From the IMG/VR virus record IMGVR_UViG_3300014059_000006, positions 1 through 64,000 of that record: 64,000 nucleotides of DNA. One strand, given 5' to 3'. This DNA comes from a virus. Taxonomy: Duplodnaviria > Caudoviricetes. Shown one piece after another: positions 10,500-20,747 of the stretch (its first letter is position 1; each line of letters opens with the position of its first letter). A model generated the notes under the pieces. The model was not told the DNA's origin and did no database searches. It worked only from the letters and a program-made list of their open reading frames with translations. Position numbers and translations under genes: made by a program.

Positions 10500-10699
10500 A
10501 ATTTTTCTTCTGTTAAACTTTCTGTAATTATCATACGATGTTTTTTAGCTTCTTTTTCTAATGCTGGTAGACAAATATGATATAGTTCTTCAGAATTAAA
10601 TTTTGCTATTACTTCTGCATAAACTCCATTAGAAGTCTTTGCATCATCACTGGTTTCAAAATATACTGTTATCATAGTTATAAATTTTCTTTTATCCAA
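10496..10699 (-). CDS. hypothetical protein
   Basis: Short ORF, probable start MITVYFET. Confidence 0.6.
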   Translation of the reverse strand: MDKRKFITMITVYFETSDDAKTSNGVYAEVIAKFNSEELYHICLPALEKEAKKHRMIITESLTEEKL

Positions 10700-10914
10700 A
10701 TTTCTTCTGTAATATCATGTAATACCGAACTTATATTTTCTAACATATCATATTTGAAATCAAAATACTTTTTAGCAAAGTTTAACATATCTTCTTTACT
10801 GTAAAGTTTTTCTTCTACTATTGAAATATTAATAGTGTTATCTTGATTAATTTTTAATTTAGGATTCTTGTTGTTTCTTCCATAATTTACGTTGTTTAAC
10901 AATAGTTGTTGCAC
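10678..10914 (-). pseudogene. C-terminal part of a gene split by the GIY-YIG HEG
   Basis: NPKLKINQDNTINI...YSKEDM resembles the C-terminus expected after 11712-12143. Confidence 0.55.
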
Positions 10915-11680
10915 AATAAGGTAAAACCTTTTGTATATCTTTTATTTTTGTTTTATTATTAAATAAATCAAATAGTATTTCTAAATCTTTGGTTTTTAGT
11001 TTATTTAATTTACCTACTACTTTAAATTCTCCTAAATGTTTCCAAGTTCTACCTTCTCTTATTTGTTGTATCACTGCTTTAGAAACATCATAAATTTTGG
11101 CTATTTCAGAAGTTGTTTGTTCTTTTGCTAATAACAATTCTCTTATTTCTAAAACTTCTTTTTCTTCCAGTTTATTATTGATAGTTCCTCTTATTATTCC
11201 TTTTATAGGGTGAGGATTAATAGAATAATATTCTTTTAGGGTATTAGAAGTTTTTAATTTACAATCTTCTGTTCTTGTTTTACCACTGTTTATTAATGAG
11301 ATTTTATCTTTAGTTTTTTGGGTATGAGTTTTACCCATCATTACAATGGATTTTTTATCTTTAGTTTCTTGTGAAACTTTCATACCAAATAGTCCTTCTC
11401 CCCCTAATGTATGATTAGTCAGTTTAAATCCCCATTCTTTAAATTGTGCTATCCAATATTTTTCTAATTCTGCCCAATTTTCTGTTGTTTCATCAATTAT
11501 TGAAAATACTGGTAATAAATTTTTATTCAATAAAGATTTTATCCAACTTCTACAATGTGTTTTAGTGTTATTACTTAAATGATGTGCAAATCTTTTAGCA
11601 GTATTAATAGTTTTACCTACATATCGAACTTCATTTGTAATAGGGTCAGTTAATATATAAATGTATGTTTTCATACACAA
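10859..11680 (-). CDS. GIY-YIG homing endonuclease
   Basis: YIYILTDPITNEVRYVGKT, EKYWI, LTN.TLGGEG, NUMOD3-like repeats, C-terminal HTH; own TAnnTTTG promoter. Confidence 0.92.
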   Translation of the reverse strand: MCMKTYIYILTDPITNEVRYVGKTINTAKRFAHHLSNNTKTHCRSWIKSLLNKNLLPVFSIIDETTENWAELEKYWIAQFKEWGFKLTNHTLGGEGLFGMKVSQETKDKKSIVMMGKTHTQKTKDKISLINSGKTRTEDCKLKTSNTLKEYYSINPHPIKGIIRGTINNKLEEKEVLEIRELLLAKEQTTSEIAKIYDVSKAVIQQIREGRTWKHLGEFKVVGKLNKLKTKDLEILFDLFNNKTKIKDIQKVLPYCATTIVKQRKLWKKQQES

Positions 11681-11711
11681 ATATACAAAATTATACTTAA
11701 GAATACAACTT

Positions 11712-12143
11712 TTATTCGTATTCTACTGATACAGAGGAGATTACGTTACCTTTGTTATATTCAGATATAAAGTAATGTATAAAACTAAAAAATACTTTAG
11801 GGTCAACAGAACTAATTAAAGGCAAATTTAAAGAACTATCTGTAGTAGCTATTATTTTTTTATCACTTTCGTAACTAAAACCACCATCTTGTTTTGTTAT
11901 AGATTTATTTACAACATTATATTTCCAATCTGTTTCTTTTATTTCATCATCAGATAATATATAAAGATGTTGAGGTACAATACAATTTGCTTGATATTCT
12001 GTAAAACCTGTTAAAGGATGTTCTCGTTGTACTTCTGTATTCCAAAAATCCATATCTTGTGTACCATCTTGAAAATATTGTATTACAGGTATATTAATAG
12101 CTTTATCAGTAGCTAACATTATTAATTCGTGTTTATTTTTCAT
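11712..12143 (-). CDS. hypothetical protein, N-terminal part of split gene
   Basis: PQHLYILSDDEIKE.DW, KKIIATTDSSL, EYNKGN.I..V.VEYE; stops just before the HEG promoter. Confidence 0.75.
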   Translation of the reverse strand: MKNKHELIMLATDKAINIPVIQYFQDGTQDMDFWNTEVQREHPLTGFTEYQANCIVPQHLYILSDDEIKETDWKYNVVNKSITKQDGGFSYESDKKIIATTDSSLNLPLISSVDPKVFFSFIHYFISEYNKGNVISSVSVEYE

Positions 12144-12146
12144 GAT

Positions 12147-12386
12147 TTAGTATTTAAAATGTAAAAATGTGTTATTAATTGCACAATATGTTATAAAAAA
12201 TACTAAACTCATCAATAGTATTAATACTAATTGTATTTGTCTTAAACTATCTGTCCATTCACTTCCTTTATAAGAAAATATGTTTTTTAAAACATCTATA
12301 AAAGTTATTTTTATCATAATACTTAAAATATATAGACATAATAAAGTAGATAGTAATGCTGCGAGTATTATTATTGTTATTGTCAT
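12147..12386 (-). CDS. small membrane protein
   Basis: Two hydrophobic helices. Confidence 0.55.
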   Translation of the reverse strand: MTITIIILAALLSTLLCLYILSIMIKITFIDVLKNIFSYKGSEWTDSLRQIQLVLILLMSLVFFITYCAINNTFLHFKY

Positions 12387-12762
12387 AGTTCTTTATTTAA
12401 TTGTTTCCCAATGGGTATGATTTTTACCTGTGATACTATTACTTTTTTGTTCTTTACCACATATTATACATTTTCTGCGTTGTTTGGTTGCAAATTCTAA
12501 AAAATAATATTTCCATTTAGGAAAATGCCAATGTGGTTTAAAATGTATCATAAGGTTTTATTTAGATTGTAAAAGTAAAGGTAAATTAAAAATTAAACAA
12601 GCATTTCCTTTTCCTTTTTTCCATACGGCAATTCTTATTGAATTTTTACTATGTTTTATAAACCATTTTTTATTTGACAATTCTGAAATAGTGCACATAA
12701 TATAAAAAATATTTGTACAACCAAATATTTTTACTCTTAAATAATTTTCTAATGTCATAATG

Positions 12763-12951
12763 TTATTGTTTATTATTTTTAAATGGACTATGTGTTACAG
12801 TCCAGCAACTATCACACTCCATATCTGTACCATCAACAGACTCTAAGCATTTATTAAATGCTCTTTCTTCTTGATACATTCTTATACCAATAAAAATTAT
12901 TGTTAAAAAGCCTATAATTATAAAGGCATTTGTTGCTATTTTTTCTTTCAT
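12763..12951 (-). CDS. small membrane protein with CxxC
   Basis: TM then KC...CDSCW, similar layout to 7180-7416. Confidence 0.6.
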   Translation of the reverse strand: MKEKIATNAFIIIGFLTIIFIGIRMYQEERAFNKCLESVDGTDMECDSCWTVTHSPFKNNKQ

Positions 12952-12966
12952 GTTTTATTTTATTTG

Positions 12967-13037
12967 GGAACATAATGAGATTCGAACTCATATCCACCTG
13001 ACCCAGTCAGGCGATTTACCATTAAATTATATGTTCC
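12967..13037 (-). ncRNA. tRNA-like RNA with aberrant anticodon arm
   Basis: GGAACATA/TATGTTCC acceptor, D-loop TAATGGTA, CCTGAC TGG GTCAGG arm, ATGAG TTCGAAT CTCAT T-arm. Confidence 0.65.
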
Positions 13038-13050
13038 ATTTTGCCGTTTA

Positions 13051-13096
13051 TGCTAGATTTTATTTGTGTTGTCGCGAGGAAGGCGTTCCCCATGCT
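13051..13096 (-). repeat. conserved RNA motif, copy 2
   Basis: 42/46 nt identical to 7724-7769. Confidence 0.85.
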
Positions 13097-13328
13097 AATT
13101 TGGATTTTACAGCTTTAACCATTTAGCTTTCGCTATTTAATTCAAAGTTTCTTCATACTATATCTATTAGGTACTGTGGAAATTATTATCATCATATTAT
13201 CGAGGGCCTCCTATAATATGATGATAATGTAAAATAACAAAAAAATAAGGTATCACGCCTCTTTCACACTCCCAGTCTTAGTGGCAGTCGTGTAAATGTT
13301 CATAAACTTAGTTTAAGTAGTATTTTTA

Positions 13329-13535
13329 TTAAGGTTTTCTTATGTAAGTTTTTACTGAAAACTCACCATAATATAAACCATTTTTTAATGTTTGATGCAT
13401 TTCAACTGTTCTATACCTTTCTTTTAATTTTATAAAGGCAGACATTAGTTGGTCCCAACTTCTATTTACAAAAGATATTGCTTTATCAATGTATATGTAT
13501 TTAGAGTTTGCTCGAATGTTTTCTTGATTTTTCAT
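13329..13535 (-). CDS. hypothetical protein, paralog of 10311-10499
   Basis: Shared motif with 10311-10499. Confidence 0.75.
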   Translation of the reverse strand: MKNQENIRANSKYIYIDKAISFVNRSWDQLMSAFIKLKERYRTVEMHQTLKNGLYYGEFSVKTYIRKP

Positions 13536-13682
13536 TTTGCTTTTTGCTTTCTAACTTTATGTGAGTAGCGTAATTATGAGGATTATATCCTAATTGAGTA
13601 CGCATAAATTTTTCAAACTCTGCATCATTCACACCTTTGATGTGTATCATGCCTTTTACTTTAACTTGAATTTTTTCAGCTA

Positions 13683-14033
13683 TCATGATTTTAATCTTTC
13701 TAAAATGTATTCTAAATAAGCTACTCTAACATCTTTATTTAATCTAGACCAAAAATATCCATATTCATATGTTTGATTATTTCTTATTCTTCTTTTATCA
13801 AATAAGAGTCTATTAATGAGATTATCTTTTAATAAATATTTATTAATAATTTTATCTAAAATTATTTCTTCTTCTAAAGTAATTAAATTATTAGAAATTC
13901 TTAGATTCGTTATATTAATGCATAAACTTGGAGTTCTACAACCTTTTATAATGGTTTTCTTGTGAACATTTTCAATGTTCCACGATTTTATTTGTTCTAA
14001 TAGTAATAATACTAATTCTTTTTTTGTTTTCAT
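13683..14033 (-). CDS. hypothetical protein
   Basis: 116 aa; LC...YFW...R..YL layout similar to 14716-15024. Confidence 0.65.
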   Translation of the reverse strand: MKTKKELVLLLLEQIKSWNIENVHKKTIIKGCRTPSLCINITNLRISNNLITLEEEIILDKIINKYLLKDNLINRLLFDKRRIRNNQTYEYGYFWSRLNKDVRVAYLEYILERLKS

Positions 14034-14042
14034 TTTTATTTT

Positions 14043-14336
14043 TTAAATTGTAGTAATACCATTTTGAGAAAGAATTGAATCTAACTCTGCTTGTACTCCT
14101 TGATTAATGTTTAAATCATCTTCTATAGTAGATATTTTAATAATTTCATACTGTCTCGCCCAAACTTTAAGCTCTACTTCAGTAATTTCTGCTACTTCAA
14201 GGTCAAAAGAGTTTATAGATTTCTTATCTTCAACATGTTTTAAATAGATTGGTTTTAACCTATCTTTACAATGTTGTAAATCTTTACCCAACATTATAGG
14301 TTGTTTTGTATCTTTTAATCTTATTACAGCTTCCAT
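14043..14336 (-). CDS. hypothetical protein
   Basis: 97 aa co-oriented ORF. Confidence 0.65.
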   Translation of the reverse strand: MEAVIRLKDTKQPIMLGKDLQHCKDRLKPIYLKHVEDKKSINSFDLEVAEITEVELKVWARQYEIIKISTIEDDLNINQGVQAELDSILSQNGITTI

Positions 14337-14422
14337 AATTATTAAATAAAGAAAATGTTATAAACACTTACTGCATCTATACATATAAAAATAGTCAACA
14401 TAATTACTATAGGTACTATCCA

Positions 14423-14719
14423 TCAATAAATAGGTTGAGTTTCTGTATTTCCCCCATACATTTTTGTTTCTGCTTTTCTTCCCATTTTTATTCTTGATAA
14501 CTTTTCTATATTAATAGTAAACCAAGTTGATATAATGATATTATAAACAATTTTTGTAACTATAATATTAGTAGCTAAAGTATCTTTTGGTATAATTTCA
14601 CCAGAAGTAGTTATTCCAATTATCCATTCAAAAAAATGAATAAATAAAATAGAAATTGGCAATCTTAATGGTACAAGCAATAAGAATGTTATTATTGTAA
14701 TTGTTAATTTATTTTTCAT
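14423..14719 (-). CDS. membrane protein
   Basis: Two hydrophobic segments, ATGA overlap. Confidence 0.6.
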   Translation of the reverse strand: MKNKLTITIITFLLLVPLRLPISILFIHFFEWIIGITTSGEIIPKDTLATNIIVTKIVYNIIISTWFTINIEKLSRIKMGRKAETKMYGGNTETQPIY

Positions 14720-15024
14720 TTCTTTTCTTTTAGTAGTTTGATTGCGTTTGTTAAAATTTGTATTCTTGGTTCTCTATCTCCTAAAGGAAACCAATATTCA
14801 GGATATAACTTATTTTTCTTACCATAAATTAATTCATTTTGTTTATGGTCTGGCTTTTGTTCAATAAGTTCTGGAAAATCATTTAATAGTAAAGTATTAC
14901 CTTTTCTAAGAGTTGCTAATGCATAGCATAATCCATACATACAAATACTTGAATCTTTTTCAGCATTCTTATATCTGTGTAATAATAGAGTGTATATTTC
15001 TAAACGTTCTTTTTTATTTTCCAT
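14716..15024 (-). CDS. hypothetical protein
   Basis: GLC...FPEL...KP...YWFP...PRI.IL motif common in Bacteroidota phages. Confidence 0.7.
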   Translation of the reverse strand: MENKKERLEIYTLLLHRYKNAEKDSSICMYGLCYALATLRKGNTLLLNDFPELIEQKPDHKQNELIYGKKNKLYPEYWFPLGDREPRIQILTNAIKLLKEKK

Positions 15025-15222
15025 GTTTTTTTCGTATTAAATGATTTATGCCTGTTTTTATACCCATACAAGAGTTTTATTTACTATTTAAAATTTATTC
15101 CAAAATGCTCTTAATAAGGCATCAATAATAAAAATTACTATTATAATGCATATAATAATTCCTAGTATTAATCCTCCAAGTGTATTAAGTAATATCATTG
15201 TTTTTAATTAGTGTTATTTATC

Positions 15223-15519
15223 CTATTTAATAGTGTCTCCTATTTTATAAGATTCTCCTATTATATTTGCCACAAGTGACATGTTTCCAATATATAAAAT
15301 AGAATCATTTGCATCTTTAAGTAAAACATTATATAAGTTAAGATTTTTTGATTTACCAATAAGAATTACTGGAGCTTTTAAATTGTTAATTTCTTTTACT
15401 GAAATATCAGTATAAGTTGTTCTACGAATTGCGTAATTTCTATTATTAGTGTCATAGTTATTACAACTATAAATAGAGAGAATTACAAAAAGTATTAATA
15501 GTGTTTTAAATTTTTTCAT
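15223..15519 (-). CDS. putative lipoprotein
   Basis: Signal peptide ending IYSC; C-terminal YKIGDTIK. Confidence 0.7.
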   Translation of the reverse strand: MKKFKTLLILFVILSIYSCNNYDTNNRNYAIRRTTYTDISVKEINNLKAPVILIGKSKNLNLYNVLLKDANDSILYIGNMSLVANIIGESYKIGDTIK

Positions 15520-15733
15520 TTGTTTTATTTTGTTTTTTAATTAGTTTTCTACATTTAATACAAGTACAAATTTCTTTTCTAAATCTGCCACAACCTTCAG
15601 CATAAATATAACCTTGATTAATAAGATTATCATAATCACCATTTGCTTTCCATTTTAACAAAGTATTAGGATTGGTAATTCTAAGAACACCATAGTATTG
15701 AGTATTATCAGGAAATAATTTAAGACTACCCAT
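15506..15733 (-). CDS. small Cys-rich protein
   Basis: GCGR...CTCIKC. Confidence 0.6.
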   Translation of the reverse strand: MGSLKLFPDNTQYYGVLRITNPNTLLKWKANGDYDNLINQGYIYAEGCGRFRKEICTCIKCRKLIKKQNKTNEKI

Positions 15734-15914
15734 GATATTATTTTATCATATCATCTCGCAACATAAATCCTAATAACATACCCATCAATAAACTAAATAA
15801 AGCATAACACTCTAATTCTTCTATTGTTTTACTAGGCATAAGAATAGAGAGTATAAATATTAATATGCGTATAATCACTATTGACGTATTGTTAAATATT
15901 TTTTGTTCATAATT

Positions 15915-16208
15915 TTACATTAAATCTCTTAATACCCATTTGTATATAGTGTTTGGCATATGTTCTTCAAAAAGTTCTACATTTGTTATGTTATTATAAT
16001 AATGTAATACAGATTCTAGTGTATTCCATTTAGACATATCTAAACATTGTATTTGTTCATTACCTAAATATATAAGAAATTTACTATCCAATTTGCCACT
16101 AATGTCAATACAAGTATGTATAACTAATCTTTTAGATTCTTCAATAGAATGACATATAGTAGTTTCCCAAGTATTAGGTAATTGATTAATATTTATTTGA
16201 TTGTTCAT
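15915..16208 (-). CDS. hypothetical protein
   Basis: 97 aa ORF. Confidence 0.55.
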   Translation of the reverse strand: MNNQININQLPNTWETTICHSIEESKRLVIHTCIDISGKLDSKFLIYLGNEQIQCLDMSKWNTLESVLHYYNNITNVELFEEHMPNTIYKWVLRDLM

Positions 16209-16465
16209 CTCTTTTACTTTTTAATAGTCATATTCATTTAAAACTTATTTATCCCCAATTTTCTAATATTTAAAATTGTTTCTTATTCCCTAACTGTGTT
16301 TCTTCCCCCCTAGTCTCCCAACACTCTCCGCGTATTTACCACTATAAAAATTCAAGTAAAAGGGTCAACAATTTCACAACGCTAACCCTTAATTCAAACT
16401 AAAAAACCCAAAGCAGGAAGAAGATAACAAGAGTACGTTCACTCTTATTTTATGTTATCTTAGTT

Positions 16466-16527
16466 AATAATATAGGAATCGAACCTATGTTTGTATACAT
16501 ATGTATAGCAAACCACCATGATATTAT
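16466..16527 (-). ncRNA. tRNA-like element (T-arm + acceptor)
   Basis: ATAGG TTCGATT CCTAT T-arm closed by ATAATAT/ATTATT, internal hairpin. Confidence 0.45.
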
Positions 16528-17762
16528 GTATAAATTAATCATATGATAACGCTCAAATGCTTACGTTAAGCAAAAGGCATCACTCAAATGATTAATTTAT
16601 TTGTTTTATTCATTTACATATGTTATCTTTATATATGACAACAAATAAATGTACTATTCAACAGTATTGTAAATGTGAAAATTGCAATGAGTTTTTTCCT
16701 ATTCTTAGTAAGAATAAACGTTCTCGCTTTTGTTCTAAGCCTTGTAGAAACAAATGGCATTATAACAATAAATAAAAAGAAATAGCAACTGTAGATTGTT
16801 TTTCGGATTATTAACCTACTAGCATACTCTTCTGTATGAGTTAACAATTGCATATTTCTTTTTAATATCTTTAAAGGCCGAAGCCTAATACTACGTATTA
16901 CATATCAAAAGGATACATAATTTTCTTGCAGCCAGTACACGCTTTGATTGTATTATAATGTTCGTAAAAGATATGTTTATACTATTACGCATAGTACTCT
17001 TATCTTACATTATAATCGTTGGGTTTACCATTATATAAGGAATTACCAACACTGGTTCGTGATGCTATCTTGGGGATAACAACGCAAGTCTTTTTTTTAA
17101 TTTTTACGGTTTCATAATAATAATTTTAATCCGACTTTCACGGTTAACACTTCATGATACATCTATCTATTCTCTCCTTTCCCAAGATAGAAGATTTCGA
17201 TAGTATGCACGGGCACGAAGTGATAGTGTTTAATAAAGCGTCTAACACGGTCCAAACATTTAAGCACGGGCCCAGATTAGTACGCAATTCGGAGCAAGAC
17301 AAGGACATTCATCCTTATCTATTTTTAAGTGATAACTAATGTTATCGGCAATGCACACACCTAAATAATTAATGGCGATGCAATATCTTTAAAATCACTT
17401 GTCCATATCTAGTGGAACTATACATATAGTTAATCTAACTCCTTAATGGTTTAACATTAAGTATTGATGTATAATCTTTACATATTAAACACAACTGCTA
17501 GTACAGTCTATATATTTTAACAACTTGTGACATCAAAGGTTCTTGAATTGTTATTATATTTTAAATTTATTTTTAAGCAAGTGATTTAATTTTTAAAAAG
17601 AAACAGTTACAAAGCTAGAATGAATATTCCCTTAGTTATTGTCCATTAATCCCAATAAAGTGAGGATTCTCTGAACTGTTCCTTTAAATCTTTAGTAACC
17701 TGTCATGTGAAGTAATTCCCACAATTGGTCTTCTGTTGGTATTTCTTGATATTTCATATTGT

Positions 17763-18122
17763 TTATTTTTTAATTTTGAATTTTTCGAAATCAATATCTT
17801 TAGGAGCATCTGGCAACCAAACACCTAAACCAATAGATATTTTACCATCATAATATCCTACAAATAAATTAGAATCTTTACGTTGTTCATTATATAGTTT
17901 AGATTTACATAATTGTATTTCTACGACAACTTTGTTATCCCATATACAATCTAATTCTTCTGCTTTAGATTTGATATCATCTGCAAATTTCTGTATGAAA
18001 TCATGCTCTTCTGTTTTGTAATTATGAGATTGCTCTAATATTCTATTACTAATAACACTAGTGTAAGGATAAAATGCAACTACATCATAATATTGTGCTT
18101 GTAACCATAATTTGTACTTCAT
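17763..18122 (-). CDS. hypothetical protein
   Basis: 119 aa ORF. Confidence 0.65.
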   Translation of the reverse strand: MKYKLWLQAQYYDVVAFYPYTSVISNRILEQSHNYKTEEHDFIQKFADDIKSKAEELDCIWDNKVVVEIQLCKSKLYNEQRKDSNLFVGYYDGKISIGLGVWLPDAPKDIDFEKFKIKK

Positions 18123-18781
18123 AATATTTTTTTATTTTGTTTAAATGCGTAATTAAAAAAATGTGTTCTGCAATTCTCACCGACGCCAATGATACAGAAC
18201 ACATAACATCCATGAGTAGAAAAAACGTGCGCCTAAACTATTGTATCATCTCCCTTCCCTTTACTTAAAAAGAAAATACCAAGAATACCAATAGTTAATA
18301 ATGTTAATGTGAAACCAAGCACTGTCATATATTTTTTATTTTGATTAATTGCGTTCCAAAAAGGAGTCTCTCATCATAAATCCTACAACTACAGCCATAA
18401 TTATACGAAGTAGTACATTTATATTTATATCAATAGGAATAAATGCACATGTTATAAATATAATAACATTCACTAATATTATAACTTGGTTACTAAATAA
18501 TTTTTTGTTCATGATTTGCAATTTAATAAGTGTATAGAGAAAGAGAATAAGAATAAAAAGAATATTATATAGGAGAGAAAGAAATGTCTTATAATAATAA
18601 TAGTGTTATCCTCTTCTGTTGTTTTGATTTTGAGAATAGAATAAAAGGAGGAAAAAGGAGAGATGGTTTCCACCTCTCCCTACTCTCCCAACGTTCTTCG
18701 TCAATTGAGTAGAATAAAAAAGGACGTTTCACAACGCCCTTTCTCACATGTCTACTTAAATTCTGCACAGGCAATACAGAG

Positions 18782-18830
18782 AACATAATAGGGAATCGAA
18801 CCCCATTTCTCCCTTATTGAGAGTTATGTT
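18782..18830 (-). ncRNA. minimal tRNA-like element
   Basis: AACATAA-CTCTC AATAA GGGAG-AAA-TGGGG TTCGATT CCCTA-TTATGTT. Confidence 0.5.
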
Positions 18831-19068
18831 ATGTGTGTTATTCCGAGTTATTATTCTAGGACTCAAATTCTGAATTTTATTGTTTTATTCAATTATTAGT
18901 ATTATATTTATATATATATGATAATAACATTAAATGAAAATCGCCCTAAAATATATTGTAAATGTATACAATGTAATGAATTTTTTGAAATTTCTATAAG
19001 TAAACGCCCATCTAAATATTGTACTAAACAATGTAATGATAAAGCATATTACAATAAAAAGAAATAAT

Positions 19069-19100
19069 AAAAAAGGAAGAGCACCCGAAGGTACTCTCCC
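19069..19100 (-). terminator. intrinsic terminator
   Basis: GGGAGAGTACC TTCG GGTGCTCTTCC TTTTTT on minus strand. Confidence 0.85.
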
Positions 19101-19120
19101 AATTCGTCAAAGGCTCGTTC

Positions 19121-19444
19121 TTAGAACAAGTCTTCAACGTCAAGACGGTTCTCGCCTTTCAAGCAAAATTTGCTACGGTCCTGTCCGTCAGCATTCTTAC
19201 CATGCCAAACATTGAACTCTGCAAGCATCTCGCGTGTAACTGTGTCGCCTTTCTTTACTTTCGCGCCAGCATTTGGGCTAAAGTACACATTCTCTGCAAC
19301 ATTGTTAGCATCGATACATGTTATGAATGGATAGTTGTTGACGTTTTCGTTAACGGTACGATTTACTTGAACAAATCCTCTTTCTTTGAAGAATTCTTTA
19401 ACGGGTTGTTGTGTGCTCACTTGAGCTGCGGCAATTTCTGACAT
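19121..19444 (-). CDS. first gene of the leftward block, hypothetical
   Basis: 107 aa, higher GC than neighbours, own terminator. Confidence 0.8.
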   Translation of the reverse strand: MSEIAAAQVSTQQPVKEFFKERGFVQVNRTVNENVNNYPFITCIDANNVAENVYFSPNAGAKVKKGDTVTREMLAEFNVWHGKNADGQDRSKFCLKGENRLDVEDLF

Positions 19445-19622
19445 TTTATTTCTAATTTATATTGTTTACGTATTACGTCCCCGGGGTACCCCCATCGCGC
19501 AAACAGTAGAGGGGTCAAGTTTAGTACCGGGTACCCTCTCCTACACATACATTATGATTTGAAAAGACGGGGGGGGGTGTTATATAGAAAAAAAAAGAGG
19601 AGGGGGCTTGTATATATGAAAT

Positions 19623-20261
19623 ATGTCTTGTACCTTTGAATTACATATGACAACCTCCCCAATTAACAACCTTCACAATAATACTTTGGTATCTCCTATT
19701 TACACTGATGAAATTTATACTTCTCCTAAACAGATTTCTGTTTATTATTGGACTGGTGCCCTAGACCTAGAGAACTTTGATAGGTTTTTGGAGTTTTATA
19801 ATTTGTGTCTTGGTGCCAGAATAGAAAAAATTGTTTTCTATCTTCAGTCGCCGGGGGGAGATAATATTGTGTACTATCCCCTTATAGATATTATAAATAA
19901 TTCTCCTATAGAATTTGAAATTGTTGCCGTGTCGAGTGTTATGAGTTATGCGTTTTCTCTTTTGTTTTTTGCAAATGTAAATAAACGTGCTTCAGGGCCT
20001 TTGTTAGGAATGGTGCATAAAGTTGATATGACTCTTTCACATAAAGACTTAATGAACAAGGACGGGGGATATTTTAAGACATGTTTTAATGAAAAGAAAG
20101 AAGAAGAATGGGAATTGTTTTATTTAAAACAAGAGGCGTTGAAGAATAAAAAATCTCTCTCTTTATTTTTAAAGGGAGGGGATGTGTTTTTTAACACAAA
20201 AGAAATGAATGAAATAATGACTAAATGCCCCTTTGGAAAATGGACAGGACCTTCTATATAA
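19623..20261 (+). CDS. ClpP-like protease subunit (putative)
   Basis: IVFYLQSPGG, SSVMSYA (Ser) and MVH (His) motifs of the ClpP/crotonase fold. Confidence 0.7.
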   Translation: MSCTFELHMTTSPINNLHNNTLVSPIYTDEIYTSPKQISVYYWTGALDLENFDRFLEFYNLCLGARIEKIVFYLQSPGGDNIVYYPLIDIINNSPIEFEIVAVSSVMSYAFSLLFFANVNKRASGPLLGMVHKVDMTLSHKDLMNKDGGYFKTCFNEKKEEEWELFYLKQEALKNKKSLSLFLKGGDVFFNTKEMNEIMTKCPFGKWTGPSI

Positions 20262-20551
20262 GTTTACTAGAAAGAAAAGCGTATATAGAAATATTGTATG
20301 CATTTCATAAAGAAAATAAAAAGGACAGAGAATATCTTCCTCATGAGTTTATACACTTTATAAATACATTAAAGCTTTCTTCTAAAAACAAAACTGTAAA
20401 GATTAATGTAGGGGGTGTGGATATAGATAGAACTGAAAGAACACCGTTTAATTTAGACGAGTTTATAGATTGGGTGTGTGAGCAATATAATAAAAAATTT
20501 AACATTACATTTATAACCAATAATAACAATCAATTAGTAAAAATATATTAA
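20225..20551 (+). CDS. hypothetical protein
   Basis: Probable start MDRTFY. Confidence 0.65.
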   Translation: MPLWKMDRTFYISLLERKAYIEILYAFHKENKKDREYLPHEFIHFINTLKLSSKNKTVKINVGGVDIDRTERTPFNLDEFIDWVCEQYNKKFNITFITNNNNQLVKIY

Positions 20552-20552
20552 C

Positions 20553-20747
20553 ATGGAAAAAATAAAACAAACACGAACATTTGACGGAAAGTTAGAAAAC
20601 TTTGTAGACAAAGAAGAAAGTCGCCACCACAAGAAAATGCTTAGGGCATACTTACGAGGTGATGTACTGTTTCAGAATGGATGGGAAAACATTAGAATGG
20701 GAATCCCTAAGTTATTTAAAGTTGAACAAACATACATAAATTTGTAA
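20553..20747 (+). CDS. hypothetical protein
   Basis: 64 aa, MLRAYLRG motif. Confidence 0.65.
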   Translation: MEKIKQTRTFDGKLENFVDKEESRHHKKMLRAYLRGDVLFQNGWENIRMGIPKLFKVEQTYINL

